Shown here in pieces: positions 1-14,595 of a stretch of DNA of 64,000 nt (positions within the stretch are counted from its first letter, which is position 1; every line of letters begins with the position of its first letter). Source of the stretch: the human T2T-CHM13v2.0 reference genome, Homo sapiens; NCBI RefSeq assembly GCF_009914755.1, contig NC_060930.1; one strand, written 5' to 3'. A program made the position numbers and the translations under genes. The notes below the pieces were generated by a model that had not been told where the DNA came from, did not search any database, and saw only the letters and a program-made list of their open reading frames with translations.

Positions 1-1118
1 GAATGTAAAAAGAAAAAGACAGGGTTTTTGAAGTTTTATGATATCAAATATAGCAAAGAAAATACAGCCTCTGACAGAAGAGCTTGGAAAAAGAAAGACA
101 GGATAAAATAAAGATGATAAAAACAAATAGGAGGAAAAATTGAAAAGTAAGCCAGCAGGGCTCAGGAGAAGAACAGAGGGAGAGTGGGAAACTCTGTAGA
201 AATAAAAGCCGCACTGGAGGTGGCAGAATCGAGGTAGCTAGTTAGCAACATGCAACAATAGAAAACAGTAGAGCAACAGCTGCAAAGTCCTCCAGGAAAG
301 AAAGAGTAATGCTAAACTATTCTTTTCAATTTGTCATGCAAATATAGGCCACAAAATCACTTTAAAAATAACTAATAAACTGTTTTTAAAAACTGTTTAA
401 TAAATTGTTTAAAAAAATAATTGTTTAAAAGCTAATAAATTCAGTTAACAGAAGTTTAAATATACTATCAAAGGTGTAAAGGTGAACACCTTACCTAAGA
501 ATTTAAAATATTAACAAAATTAATGAGAAATAGAAAAGGGGTAAATTGTAAATGTTCACATCTCCATTTTTAACAGTGAGAGATCAATATACATTGTTTA
601 AAGTTGGTGAATTTAAAAAGTTAAAGTATGTTATTACATGATAAAAATAAACTATAAAATTTCCAAGTTATCAAAGAACACACAAAGATAAAAACAAACA
701 CAAATCGTATCAAAATATGTAAATATAAAAGACAACAACTTTTTTTAAAATGACAGACATTATTATCTGGTCTATTAATAACATAAATGAGAAAAACCCA
801 TCTATTAAAACAAAGACTCTCTATCCAAACCCAAGTATATACAAGTACAGGAGATACAACTAAACCAAAGTCACTCAAAACACTAAAAGCAAAAGAAGGG
901 ATGAATAAAACTTAGAGAAAGCAGCAATCATGATATTAATGCTAAACTGAATTTAAGGCAAAAATTGAAAAACTAGTAAAAACGGAAATTTAATGAAAAA
1001 TTCAAATGCACAGAAAGTTCATGTATCTTTATATATCAAATTTTACAGGGTAAACTCTCCAGGCAATATGAAATAAAAATGCAAGAGTGTTATATATTAA
1101 CTTACCACACTCAGCCTA

Positions 1119-1550
<432 letters not shown>

Positions 1551-2028
1551 CTACAGAGAACTACACTGGGCCACAAACTCAATAAACAGAGTACAGATCA
1601 CACACTCTGATAAACAGTATAATAAAACCAGTAATCATAACAAAAATAACAAAACTCCCCAGCAACCAAAATTCTAAAACTCTCTTGGACTCTTGGCTTA
1701 AAAACGAAATGAAAATTAAAATTGTGGATTATCCAGAAAATAACAGTAATTCTAAAAGAACCCATCAGCCACTGCAAATGTAGTATTCATAGGAAAGTAA
1801 GATATAATTAAATAAGAAGAAAGTGGGAATGATGAATATCAACTTTAAAATATTAGGAAGGAACAAGCAAAGGATGAGGCTAGATTCCAATCTAACAGTT
1901 TATTTAAATAGAGATCTGAAATTTACATGGCAAAATGTTAGCTTATTAAAACCAAGTGCTAGTTCCATGAGTGTTTATTATATTATTTTCTGCATTTTTC
2001 TGTTAGAAATTCCATAAATAAAAACTCA

Positions 2029-2317
2029 TTTTTTTTTTTGAGACAGTCTCACTCTGTCGCCCGGGCTGGAGTGCATTAGCACAATCTTGGCTCACTGCAA
2101 CCTGTCCCCACACTCAAGCAATCTTCCCACCTCAGCCTCCCAAGTAGCTGGGATCAAAGATGCGTGCCACCACACTCGACTAATTTTTTTGTATTTTTGG
2201 TAGAGATGGGGTTTCACTATGTTGCCCAGGCTGGTCTTGAACTCCTGAGCTCAAGCAATCCACCTGCCTCAGCCTCCTAAGCGCTGGGAATACAGGCATG
2301 AGCCACCGCGCCTGGCC
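2029..2317 (-). mobile_element. Alu (J-like)
   Basis: Antisense dimer; TSD-like ATAAAAACT at 2018-2026 and 2318-2326. Confidence 0.96.
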
Positions 2318-4902
2318 ATAAAAACTTTTAAGATGAATTAAAAATGCATGTATGTTAAATATTCTACTCAGAAGGGTAGGAAATGAAAAGCAAAAAACAT
2401 AAGGAAAATACATTAAGTCATACCCAAACTTACAAAGTAATGAATTAAACCAGGAGAACTAATTACAGATCTTGGAACCAAAATTTAGGGAAGAAAAAAA
2501 CAAATTGCAAGGTAATAAAAAAAAAAAAAATGCTGGGCAGAGAGAAAGGGGAGACTAGAGGAGAGAAAACCATACTGAAAATGAGAATAGAGAAGTAACT
2601 ACAGACACAGAAAAATCTAAAAGAATAAGACAATGTTTGGTACAATGCACAACAAATACATTTGTCACCTTGGATGAAATGGACGTTTTTCTAAGAAAAT
2701 TAAAACTTTCAAATTTGACCCCAGAATCTTCAAAAAGATAAATCCTATCATAAAACAAATCATTTCAATGCTACTGAATTATTTGAAGATGAAATCATTC
2801 TAAATTTTTTGTAAAACCATCACAAGAAAAACCAAAATCCAAAGAGCATACACATACACACGAATGCAAGTAATTTTATGAATAGATGAAACCATCTTAA
2901 ATGTTAGCAAATAAAATCCATCACATTAAAAGAATAATCCACCATGACCAACTGGAGACGGTTCTTCATCATAAGACTAGAACAATACTAGAAAATCTAC
3001 TAAGATAATAATAATGTCTAATGTTATCTAAAGCCTTTGGCATCTCTGGAGACAGTATTTTTTTCCTTCAAAAATCTCTTGCTAGCAGTAAATACAACAA
3101 CAAAAATTATAGCTGGATCTTCTTCTTTTTTTAGTAACAAGACAAGCTGTTTCTAAAGCTCATATGGGAAAAAGAGGCATGTGAGATAACTCAGAAAAAC
3201 TATAAAAAGGAGTGAAAAAAATAAGACAGCCTACCAAAAAATAGGTACTAAAAAGCTATAGTAATTTAAAAAGGTACTACAATAAATCCATCTTTCCATA
3301 GAGAAAAGATGGTGGAGAAATGGGATTCCTATGTTAGCCCTTAATAGCAGCTAAATCAAAGATACAAATGTAAAATAATGAATCTGACACAGATATGAGA
3401 AAAAATAATATTTTTTCAAAAATTATCTTGTAGTGGAGCATAACTTTCCAAAACCCTTAAGAAAAAAAGCTAATAAATCTGAATATATACAAATTCAAAA
3501 TCTATCTTCTAACAAATGACCTGACACACTAGAAATCAGAAAGTGTTTTCCATGCATATAACAATTTTATGACTAATTTCCTTAGTATATAAATATGCAT
3601 ATGTGGATCCACACATATACATACACATACACACACACATACACAGACACATACACCTTAAAAAATCATGAAATGAGAGATAAACCAGCAGAAAAATGGG
3701 CAGATTAAGAATAGACAGGAAGAAAAATATAGCTTTATATATAAGAAATATAAATAAATGAAAAAACATTTTCCAATTATCAGGTTGGTATAATAACAAA
3801 AGAAATAATACCCCTATCTATAAGAATTTGGGCAGAAATGCTCATAAACTAGTGGGAGGGAAATCAATTTCTATTAAGGGCAATTAGGCAATATCTATCC
3901 AAAACTTTCAAGTATATAAACTCAATTTCTAGAAATGTAGGATGCTCATTTATTATTAGCAATAACAACTGGAACACTTAAAATGTTCATCAATAGAGGC
4001 TGTTTAAATAAATTATGGTACAATCATATTACAGAATTCTAGGTAGCTGTTAAGAAAGAATGACATTGATCTGTATATGGCAGCAAAGTTCTGCAAAATG
4101 CTTTATTAAGTGATACATATATAAGTGTTACAGTATATTCTCCATTTGTATAAAAATGTATACGTACATTCACATATGTGTAACATGCTAGGGAAACCTT
4201 TGGAAGAATAAAGAAGAAACAGTGTATTTACAGTGGCTTCCTCTAAGGAACAAGATTGTGGGACCATATTAGGAGACAGACTCAATTTTTACTTAAAAGC
4301 CTTGCCTACGTTTATGTGCCAGACATATTCTGAGTTGGGAATACAGCAATGAATACACAAAATTCCTGTATTTGTAGAACTTACATGGAAGAGGGGTGGA
4401 GGGAGAGCAGAGAGAAAACATAACAAAAACAAGTGTATATACAACAAACACAGAGGATACAAGTGCTGTGAAGAATAAAGCACAGTTACAACAGAAAGTC
4501 TATGTATGTGTGGGAGAGGAATTATGACTTCACATGGGGTGGTAATAAAGGGAGAACGGTGAACTATGGGTGCATATGAAAGTTCCCCTACCCCATGATT
4601 GAGAGTAAAGTGATATCGAAACTGCAATTCAAACAGTGATTAGCCAGGAGGGAAGGGGGAGAGAAAAAAGGCAAGCACTATAGAAGGAGAGGAAACTCAG
4701 GTAGGTGTTCTTGGGTAGGTCTGGGTAAACAGGTACAAAACAGAAATGAGTTCATAAAAGGGCTCAGGAAATAAAAGGATTTAGATAGGGAGACAGAAAA
4801 TTAGATCTTTAGTTTAGAAAACTTATTCTGGCCGAAATAAACTGAAAAGTCAAGAAACCAGTTAGATGTTTAGGTAATTCTGCTAAAAGCTAATGGCCTT
4901 TA

Positions 4903-5022
4903 AGAGGAAAAGTAACAGTAAATAAAATAATGAAAACAAAAGTAACAATAAAGATGTAACAATAAAGAGGAAAAGTAACAATAAAGAAGAAAATAATAAA
5001 GAGGAAAAATAACAATAAAGAG
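4903..5022. repeat. Degenerate purine-rich minisatellite (~19-bp AAAGAGGAAAAGTAACAAT units)
   Basis: Repeated gtaacaataaag/aaagaggaaaa words. Confidence 0.7.
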
Positions 5023-5041
5023 TAGTGGGCCAAAAAATGTA

Positions 5042-5664
5042 CAGTTGATTCTCATTATTCACAGGTTCTACATTTGTGAATTCACCTAATCACAATTTAC
5101 TTGTAATCCCAAAATCACTACTCACTTTTGCAATCACTTGTGGACATGTGCAGAGCAGCGAAAAATTTGAGTCATCCAACATGCAATTTCACAGAAGGTG
5201 ACGTCGGCCTTTTTGATACAGCTCTCATACTGTAAACAAATGTCCTTTTCATGGTCTACTTAGTGTCGCATTTTTTCCAGTTTTGTACTTTTTGTTGGTA
5301 ATTTTGTACTTTTTGTTGGTAATTTTTAAAATGGCCTGTAAGTGTAGTGCTTAGTATTCTAAACACAAGAAGGCTAGGATGTGCCTAACAAATAAAAGAT
5401 ATTAGATAAGGCATGACTTCCAGTGCTGTGGGCCATGAGTTCGGTGTTAATGAATCCATGCTATACACATCCATTAAATAAGGTGTCTTTAAATAGAGAC
5501 ACATATAAAACAATGTTATGTATTCACTGATTGATGAAAATGTTATGAGAGGCTCACAGGAACCTACCTCTGTATTTCTTGTAGGAGCAATGGTTCAGTA
5601 TTCATTAATTCAGTGTTCGTAGTGACTATAAAACATAACTACTGCAAATAACAAGAGTCGACTA
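5042..5664 (-). mobile_element. MER82-like TcMar-Tigger non-autonomous DNA transposon, near full length
   Basis: Imperfect TIRs CAGTTGATTCTCATTATTCACAG / CTGCAAATAACAAGAGTCGACTA flanked by TA on both sides; internal ~21-bp tandem duplication at ~5281-5323. Confidence 0.85.
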
Positions 5665-6076
5665 TATATGTATGCATATTATGTGCACACACACATACAT
5701 TTACTTATTTATAAGGTGGGAATAACAGGAATGGTAATCAATTATGAGTAGCAGGTGAAGAGAGATGAACCAAGGATGATACTAGATTCCTGATTTTGGT
5801 TAACTAGATGGTGACAGTAATAACAAAGACGGGAAACAGAAGAGAAGGTGGCACCTTGGATGAGGAAGACAAAGGTGTCAGCTTTGAAGGGTATAATATG
5901 CCACACTGCAATAAAGATAATCATGTGCTGAAGTGTGCATATATCCTCCTCCCCTTTGACGTAAGAATCATATCTTTGTTCATCTTGGGTTATATCCTGC
6001 AACTAAACTGCTTTCCTTCACTCATCCAATATAAATTAGGCATGTCAATGTCGGAAATAAATACGCATTTTATCAG

Positions 6077-6225
6077 TTTTGTTTTTTCTTTTTTTTTTTT
6101 TTGAGATGGGGTCTCACCACACTGCCCAGGCTGAACCTGAACTCCTGGACTCAAGTGATAATCCCCCTGCCTCAGCCTCCCAAACAGCTCAGACTACAGG
6201 TACATGCCACCATACCCAGCTTATC
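6077..6225 (-). mobile_element. Alu fragment/monomer
   Basis: polyT then gagatggggtctc...gcctcagcctccca. Confidence 0.88.
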
Positions 6226-8531
6226 ATTTCCTTTGCCTTGCACTGTCATCTCTGCAATTACATCACCAATATTCATCACAACCTATACTTAAAGAGTGTT
6301 TCTATGTGAGTCCTAAAAAGTAAAAGAATATATAAAATTTTACCCCATGGAAGGCAAGAATTCTAAATGCTAAATACCTTAAAATAAAATTTTCACAACC
6401 AGGTAGTTTGTTTTTTAATTTGTTTATAGAAATAAAACAGTACTTTCAGCATAAATGAGTAAAAGACCATTCAGAAATATCAAGTTTATATAGAAAATCC
6501 TAATGGATAGATTGTATGTTTTTACATTTGATTTAGGAAAATCTCAGAATTTTAATTTCTTTCAATGTAGCTTTTACAAAATATATATATTCAAAATGTG
6601 ACAAATTTTTTACAATCTAAAAATTAAAATTGTATAACTGCATAAGCTGAGCTTTATGTCATTATAAATATATAGGTAAAGGAAAACTAGTATAGAAATT
6701 CATATTAATCCCTCCCTGTCTAGTCCACATTTATATATAATCTGTTTATATATAAAACAATTTCTAAACTATTATAAAACTGACTTTATAACCAAATATA
6801 TACCTGCATGAACACAAAAAACATGTTGATACACAGTACTTTCTCAACATACAATGTATACTTGTTTATTTGCAATGGTCCACATACAGATTCAGGGTCA
6901 ATTTAAAAAGGTAAATAATCATATGAGAACTCATTATTCTTCTCTATAACCGTATTTTATCTTCAGTGGTTCCTTTTACTTACAAAAAATGAGCACCTTA
7001 TTAGTTTTATCCCTGGTATGACAATTAGTTACATGACCTCCCACTGAGTACTAAAAACTAAATATAAAACACTGACTATAGTTATTAATACATATGAGAA
7101 GAAAAAGAGTAAAAGACAAGTTTAAGAAAGACAGATTCAAAGCTAAAAGGAGAAAAAGAGGTTAAAATGCCAGTTTAGTAACTAGGAAAAAGGAAAAGTT
7201 TTAAAAAGTGCTCTGTACAGAAATGAAACCCTGGTTCTTGGCAATTTATTGCAAGAAGAATCATATCCAAAAGAGCCACCTAAAGACTTTAGAATGCAAA
7301 AGGACAAAACATCCATCCATGAACAACATCAGATCTTTTAAGAAACCAAAAAGAGTGAAGAGCAAAAATTGTTTATAATGTATTTTATATCATTTAGAAT
7401 ATAATTACAATATTATTTCTATTTCTAAAGTAAATTATTAATGCCCTTGATCATAATGCAAATAAAAACAGCTTTGCATCTTAAAATTTACAGCTGAACT
7501 GGAAAATAAAGTCAACTAAAACACGTAGCATACCTGAGCTACTAAGACAGCAATCAATAAACAGCAGCTGGTACAGAATATACACTTAGTGCCAACAATC
7601 ATCACAAGGAGTGTATTCATGAATAAGCAGACACTTGGCTTTTTACCAAGGATCGATGGCCAAGGGTGGAAGGTGGAAAGGTCTGCTCAGTTCCACCTTC
7701 GCAGTCTCAAAGAGACTGTGACATTCCCTTAGTCAACAGGGCAAGTACTTGTCATGTACATGCCTGACAGACCAGCAGCCAAGCCAAGGAAAATAGGAAG
7801 CCTGGAAACCTATTTAAGGTATTGTTGCCTTCTCTTACCACCCTATAATATCTAATTTTTTCCCCACCAAAAGAATCTCATACCTAGTAGTTACAACCCT
7901 AATCAGCCAACAAATGGAGACCTAGTTCACCCTAGAAGGTCTACTATATGGTTTTAAAAGTATTGCATTTCCACTTGAAAATTACTTTGTTATAAAAGAA
8001 GGTAACACAATAGTGCTGCTATTCAACTACAGTGTAGATTACATAAGTATTTGGGGATTCATGTGCAATGTGGACCACTTGTGCAGCACCTAACCTATCA
8101 GTAATTATCATCAGTTACAAACTCTTATAATTCAATTAATTCACTCCTAAGTTGGAGACTGCTAATATATACATCTAGTTCAGTCATATACTAATTCAAA
8201 GTTACTAAAATGTTTGATCAAGGTTCAAGACCAGAAAAACAATCTCAACCACTGGGATAACTCAAATTTTAAAATCATTCACAAAATATAGCTTGTGATT
8301 TAAATGATGTCCTAAGCATTAGTATTATGGTGCACTGATACATTCAATTAAAAACAAAAACCTGAAGACAACACAAGAAATCAAGAAGTGTTTGGTTTAA
8401 AAAAAAAAAAGACATAATGCCATCTTAACTTTTCCCATCAAAATACTGAATATAAAAACATGACACAGATTAAAATTTTAGAATGTCATTCTGAAAATAA
8501 ACAGAAACAAAAGTAATACAAAAAATTATCA

Positions 8532-8925
<394 letters not shown>

Positions 8926-9106
8926 CTACTGTATTATATTTTTCCAAGGAATACTAATAATATCTCCATCATTTTATGCAAAGGGCCATTAATTCCTAAG
9001 TAGCATTTTTCCTTGGTATTCCTGATTTCTAGAAATTATTCATTCAAGTTGGTCAGATGTTATTCTTGGCATTGATAACTCATTCTACTGATTCCTCCCT
9101 TTAAGG

Positions 9107-9272
9107 CAATGGTTCTCGAACAGAAATACACATTTTGGGGAATAATTTTGAAAATACACATTCCCAAATGCCATTCCACAGAGACTGCTTCAGCATATAT
9201 GGAGTGAAGCCACAGTATCTGTGTTCTGAAGTAATTCCTCCAGTGATTCTGATTGCTAGTTGAGAACCACTG
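9107..9272. mobile_element. MER5-like hAT-Charlie MITE
   Basis: TIRs CAATGGTTCTC / GAGAACCACTG with perfect 8-bp TSD CTTTAAGG at 9099-9106 and 9273-9280. Confidence 0.88.
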
Positions 9273-9422
9273 CTTTAAGGGATGAATTACATAATTATTC
9301 TACTGATTAGAAAAGCTTCTATTGATCCTGCATTGCTGAAACTTTGTCACTGTGGGGCACACAACTGTCAGTAGCAAAAAGGAAAACTCCACATTCCATT
9401 ACTTATTGTAAAGAACAAGTTA

Positions 9423-10808
<1,386 letters not shown>

Positions 10809-12277
10809 CTATTCTCTAGTAAATGCTTTTTTTTGATTAGCTTTTACAATGTCATCAGGTGATGCTGATTTGAAGTCAAATGGTGTTATTGCTACAAGTG
10901 GACTTATTTCTTTGTCCTTTACATCTTGAACTTGTCTACTATAAAGAAAAGTCTTATAGAGGTCAAGGGTGCGTCGCTTGCAGCTTTTCAGTGGGTAACG
11001 AAGACACAGTGTTGAGGCAAAAGCTGAAGGTCTAGCAGCAAGGGCCTTGGTCCAAGAGAGAGAAAAAGGTGGTTTCCTAGTCAGAGAGCCTTTGTTGTTT
11101 TTCTTATTATCCTTAGCAAAATTGGAATTCTTCCCTAGCTTTGAACTTAGAACTTTAGTTCGTGATGATGGAGCAATGGATGGGTCTACTACAGGCTTTG
11201 GAACAAAATCTGGGTTTTTTATAAGGACACTAAGATCAATATTTGAATCTATTCCAGGAGACCTCACTTCAGATAAACTGACCTCAAAGGACTCTTTCTT
11301 AATCTGAGAGTTGTCTACATCAATTGTTTCTGCAATCAATTCAGAAAGTGACAAATTCTCAAGGTCTCTTGTGGGAGAAGCTTTATGAAATGCCAATGAC
11401 GACAGAGATCCTGTTAATTCTGATATTCCGGGTGAAGACTGACAGCGATTTGCTAATTGTGACAGGGGAAAGGATCCCAAACTTAGATCTGTGAAACTGG
11501 CAGATGACTGGTTACAAAGGTCAGATAAAGTAAAGCACTGGCTTATATTGTTTTCTTTGTGTTCCTGAAACAGTTCAGTTAGGGATGGACTTTCACACTG
11601 AGAAAACTGCAAATTATCATTTTTAAAAGTGTGATTCTTGGCACTTTGTTCAACTAAAGAAACATTTCCAACTTCAGTTTCTTTACTAGCATTTAAATTA
11701 TCAACAGTCATATTTTCCAACGAGCTAGTTAAGTACAAAGGATTATTTGAACTTCCTAAACTGTCCTGTACTGGAATGTTTTGAAAATCAGACAGTGAAT
11801 TATTTTGAATATATAAAGAATTATTCGGTGTTGTGCCCTTTATGATTATGGTCTTTAAATCTGGTATTTCTTTGAATGCAGAATCATCTTTGGAAATGCA
11901 TTCAGATGCATGAGGTCTCAACAAATCGGCATCTAGGTTCTTTGAAAGCAGACTTTCCAGACTGTCTGTAGATGATAATCTGACTGATGGCTGACTTTCA
12001 CAGGAATCTCTTGACATATCATGAATTAGGTTAGCTAGTGAAAGTTCTTTTGTTAACTTACATGATTCTAGTTTCTTTTCACTTTTACGTGTGTCAAGTT
12101 TCTTTTTTCTATGGAGTAAACAGTGAGTTGGAACTGAAGAATTATGAGATAATCCGTATTTTCCTACTGAGCTAGCAAAATCAAAGGGTTTGCTACTATA
12201 ATCCAAATGATTTGCTGACTGAGGATAAGAACTTTGAACATTATCAGCTGAAACTTCAGAAGAAGAAAATAAGACTC
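10809..12277 (-). CDS. HBS1L: HBS1L alternative terminal exon of the short SKI7-like isoform (HBS1LV3/HBS1L3); GVLFSSSEVSADNV...PFDFKSASPDDIVKANQKKAFTRE*
   Basis: 465-aa ORF 10809..12206 extends upstream without a stop to acceptor AAG|GA at 12278/12277. 430+1469=1899 nt = 632 aa+stop, the known isoform length. Contains RPSAFASTL (11033-11007) and PFDFxSxSPDDIV (10883-10845). Confidence 0.95.
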
Positions 12278-13281
12278 CTTACCTTACAAGAGCCATTAAT
12301 TTTCAGATGAATAGGTTGATATACGCAGAAGACAGTCACAGCAACCAAAAGGAAACATGAAATGAGGCATTTAATTACTAAATGCTTCTTTTGATTATGA
12401 CATGAATAAAGTGATACTTGATCATTACTTAACATGAATACTCTAAAAAACAATAAGGGAGTATTACCTTCCTTTACCAATTTAAAGTAACCTTTATACT
12501 CTGTTCACTGATACATACAATGTAAGTCAGTCAATGTTCTAATTTTCACGAATTTAAAAATGTGAGGTCTTAACCATAATTAAATTGTAGTCAGGATTGT
12601 CTCAAATTCAAAAACTTCTTTAAAAAAACAAAAAAAACTAGGTTCCTTTTATTCTGTATTTTAATGTATTAGAAACAAATAAGCAAACAACCCCCGGTAA
12701 TTTCTACCACAATCTGGGATACACTATCAATACAAGATGACATATTACAGACTCATTCCCATCACAGCCAGTTACAAGTGCCCATCTGTGTGCCCAGCAT
12801 CCCTGGAAAACACACTCTTATTTCATGGTAACAGGCTGTACACAGCTTTGTTGTAGAAAAAATTTAGCCCAGAGGTTACAACAAACACTGACATAGTAAA
12901 CAAATCGCCATACTCAAACTGAGAGATAGCATGCCAATTAATATAATGCTACCACCTCAGTTCCCCTCTTATGTCCACTGAATTCCAAATTTAACCCCAA
13001 ATTTTACAAATTTAAAATTAAATCTCTGGCTATAAAATGCAAAGTAGTATAATTATGATACTTATACCTAATTATTTTTAAATAAAACAAAATTATACAT
13101 AATAAAAGCATAAAGGGATTTTTTTAACATTAATTAGCTGGCTGTCAATTTCCTTTTCCTATCTCATCAGAGTTTAAAAAAATAACAATTAAAAAGTTCT
13201 ATAAGCTACTAACAAGAAGAAAAAGATGTCTTGTCTTATCTAATTTTATTTCCACTATGTTGTTATAAAATCAACTAGTGA

Positions 13282-13598
13282 GGCCAGGTACAGTGGCTGA
13301 CGCCTGCAATCCAAGAACTTTGGGAGGCCAAGGTAGGCGGATCACTTGAGGCCAGGAGTTCAAGAACAGCCTGACCAACATGGTGAAACCCCATCACTAC
13401 TAAAAATACAAACAAAAAAAAAAGCCAGGCATGGTGGCACGCACCTGTAATCCCAGTTACTTGGGAGGCTGAGGAAGGACAATCACTTGAACCCAGGAGG
13501 TGGAGGCTGCTGTGAGCAAAATCATGCCACTGCACTCCAGCCTGGGTGACAGAGTGAGACTCTGTCTCAAAAAACAAACAAAAAAACAAACAAAAACA
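13282..13598 (+). mobile_element. Alu
   Basis: Full dimer, (AAAC) tail. Confidence 0.96.
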
Positions 13599-13823
13599 AT
13601 CAAGCAGTAAAATAACCACAAAAACAGGCTACAACAGAAGAAACACAGTCATCATCCTAAAAATCCACAACTAGATCAACTGATAATCAAAAGTTAACAA
13701 TAACATGCAAGATTTTAATAGCTCAAGCAAATTAAATATTTTCTTAAAAGCTCAAGCAAACGAAAGCCTCTCTTTAGGCATTAACTATGTAAAACAAGTG
13801 AAAAAGAACAAGTAAAGGCATAC

Positions 13824-14018
13824 CTTTTGCTATCTTTCCTGTAGATACTGTTGCCTCATTCTTGTCCTTCAAACTCTGCACTCTATCTTGTTCCAGAACC
13901 CCTGACAAAGCCTTCTGCACATCAAACTTGTTCTTCAGAACTGCTTCAATTAATATTTCATCTGGCACAGCATCTCCAAGTACCTCTCTCATGTGATCAA
14001 GGCATGAATAAAGACGAG
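13824..14018 (-). CDS. HBS1L: HBS1L exon 4 ([42 protein letters not shown]...GKIAK), 195 nt; core of HBS1 N-terminal helical domain
   Basis: Inside ORF 13774..14034; acceptor cttttctag|CT, donor AAG|GTATGC; phase 1-1. Confidence 0.97.
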
Positions 14019-14595
14019 CTAGAAAAGACGACAATGGTCAAAAGCTATACTAAATGGTGCAATGAAAGAACTTTTAATCTTCAAAACTGATTTTAAAATT
14101 TACAGCTGTACTAGAATATTCAACTCTCCCTTCTCTTTGGCAAAAATTATCTCTAATGATCGTATTTTTATCTACAATATACCTATCTTCCCTTATCCAA
14201 GGAACGATTTCGTTAATTTAAAAATCACTATAATAAAATGTCTCCTGAATAATAGTGACTAATGTTTCAAAAAAGTGTACATTGCACAGTATACACTAAT
14301 ATCTATTTTCAGTCACCAGTGATGATGGTATCTGCAATGATCATTTTTTGCATGTACAGAAAGGAAGGGGTGAGTGTGGAACTATTTCTAATTTGTTAGT
14401 GAATCCAGTTATTCACGAAGTATATTTCTTATATTTCTCAAGCTGCTACCTTAAGTTTCCTTTTTGGCTAACTTCAGTTCTTCCCAGCTAACTAAAATAA
14501 TCCTTAATGACTCTTTAAAAAACGGCAAGATAACATAATATAAAAATGCCATAAAAATAAGAAAGTCCAGGAGATTAAGGGGAGGATAGGCATTC

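Noticed and set aside
208-226. CTCF-like CACTGGAGGTGGCAG (also 55904 and 57929)
   Set aside because: Multiple core mismatches and located in decayed L1 sequence
7534-7801. Possible cryptic minus-strand exon (tttccag|G ... CAG|GTATGC)
   Set aside because: Weak polypyrimidine tract, 268-nt frameshifting length, no recognisable coding match; unsupported without reads
11047-11307. Antisense 86-aa ORF overlapping the SKI7 exon (also 13851..14090 over exon 4)
   Set aside because: Shadow ORFs with no promoter, splice or homology support
10809-12206. 465-aa ORF as a novel stand-alone or retro-gene
   Set aside because: It starts at TTG, and the frame stays open upstream to a splice acceptor that joins HBS1L exon 4 to give the known 632-aa isoform
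12256-12480. 74-aa hydrophobic ORF upstream of the SKI7 exon as a membrane micropeptide
   Set aside because: Non-ATG start; hydrophobicity reflects T-rich intronic sequence; better explained as splice-signal region
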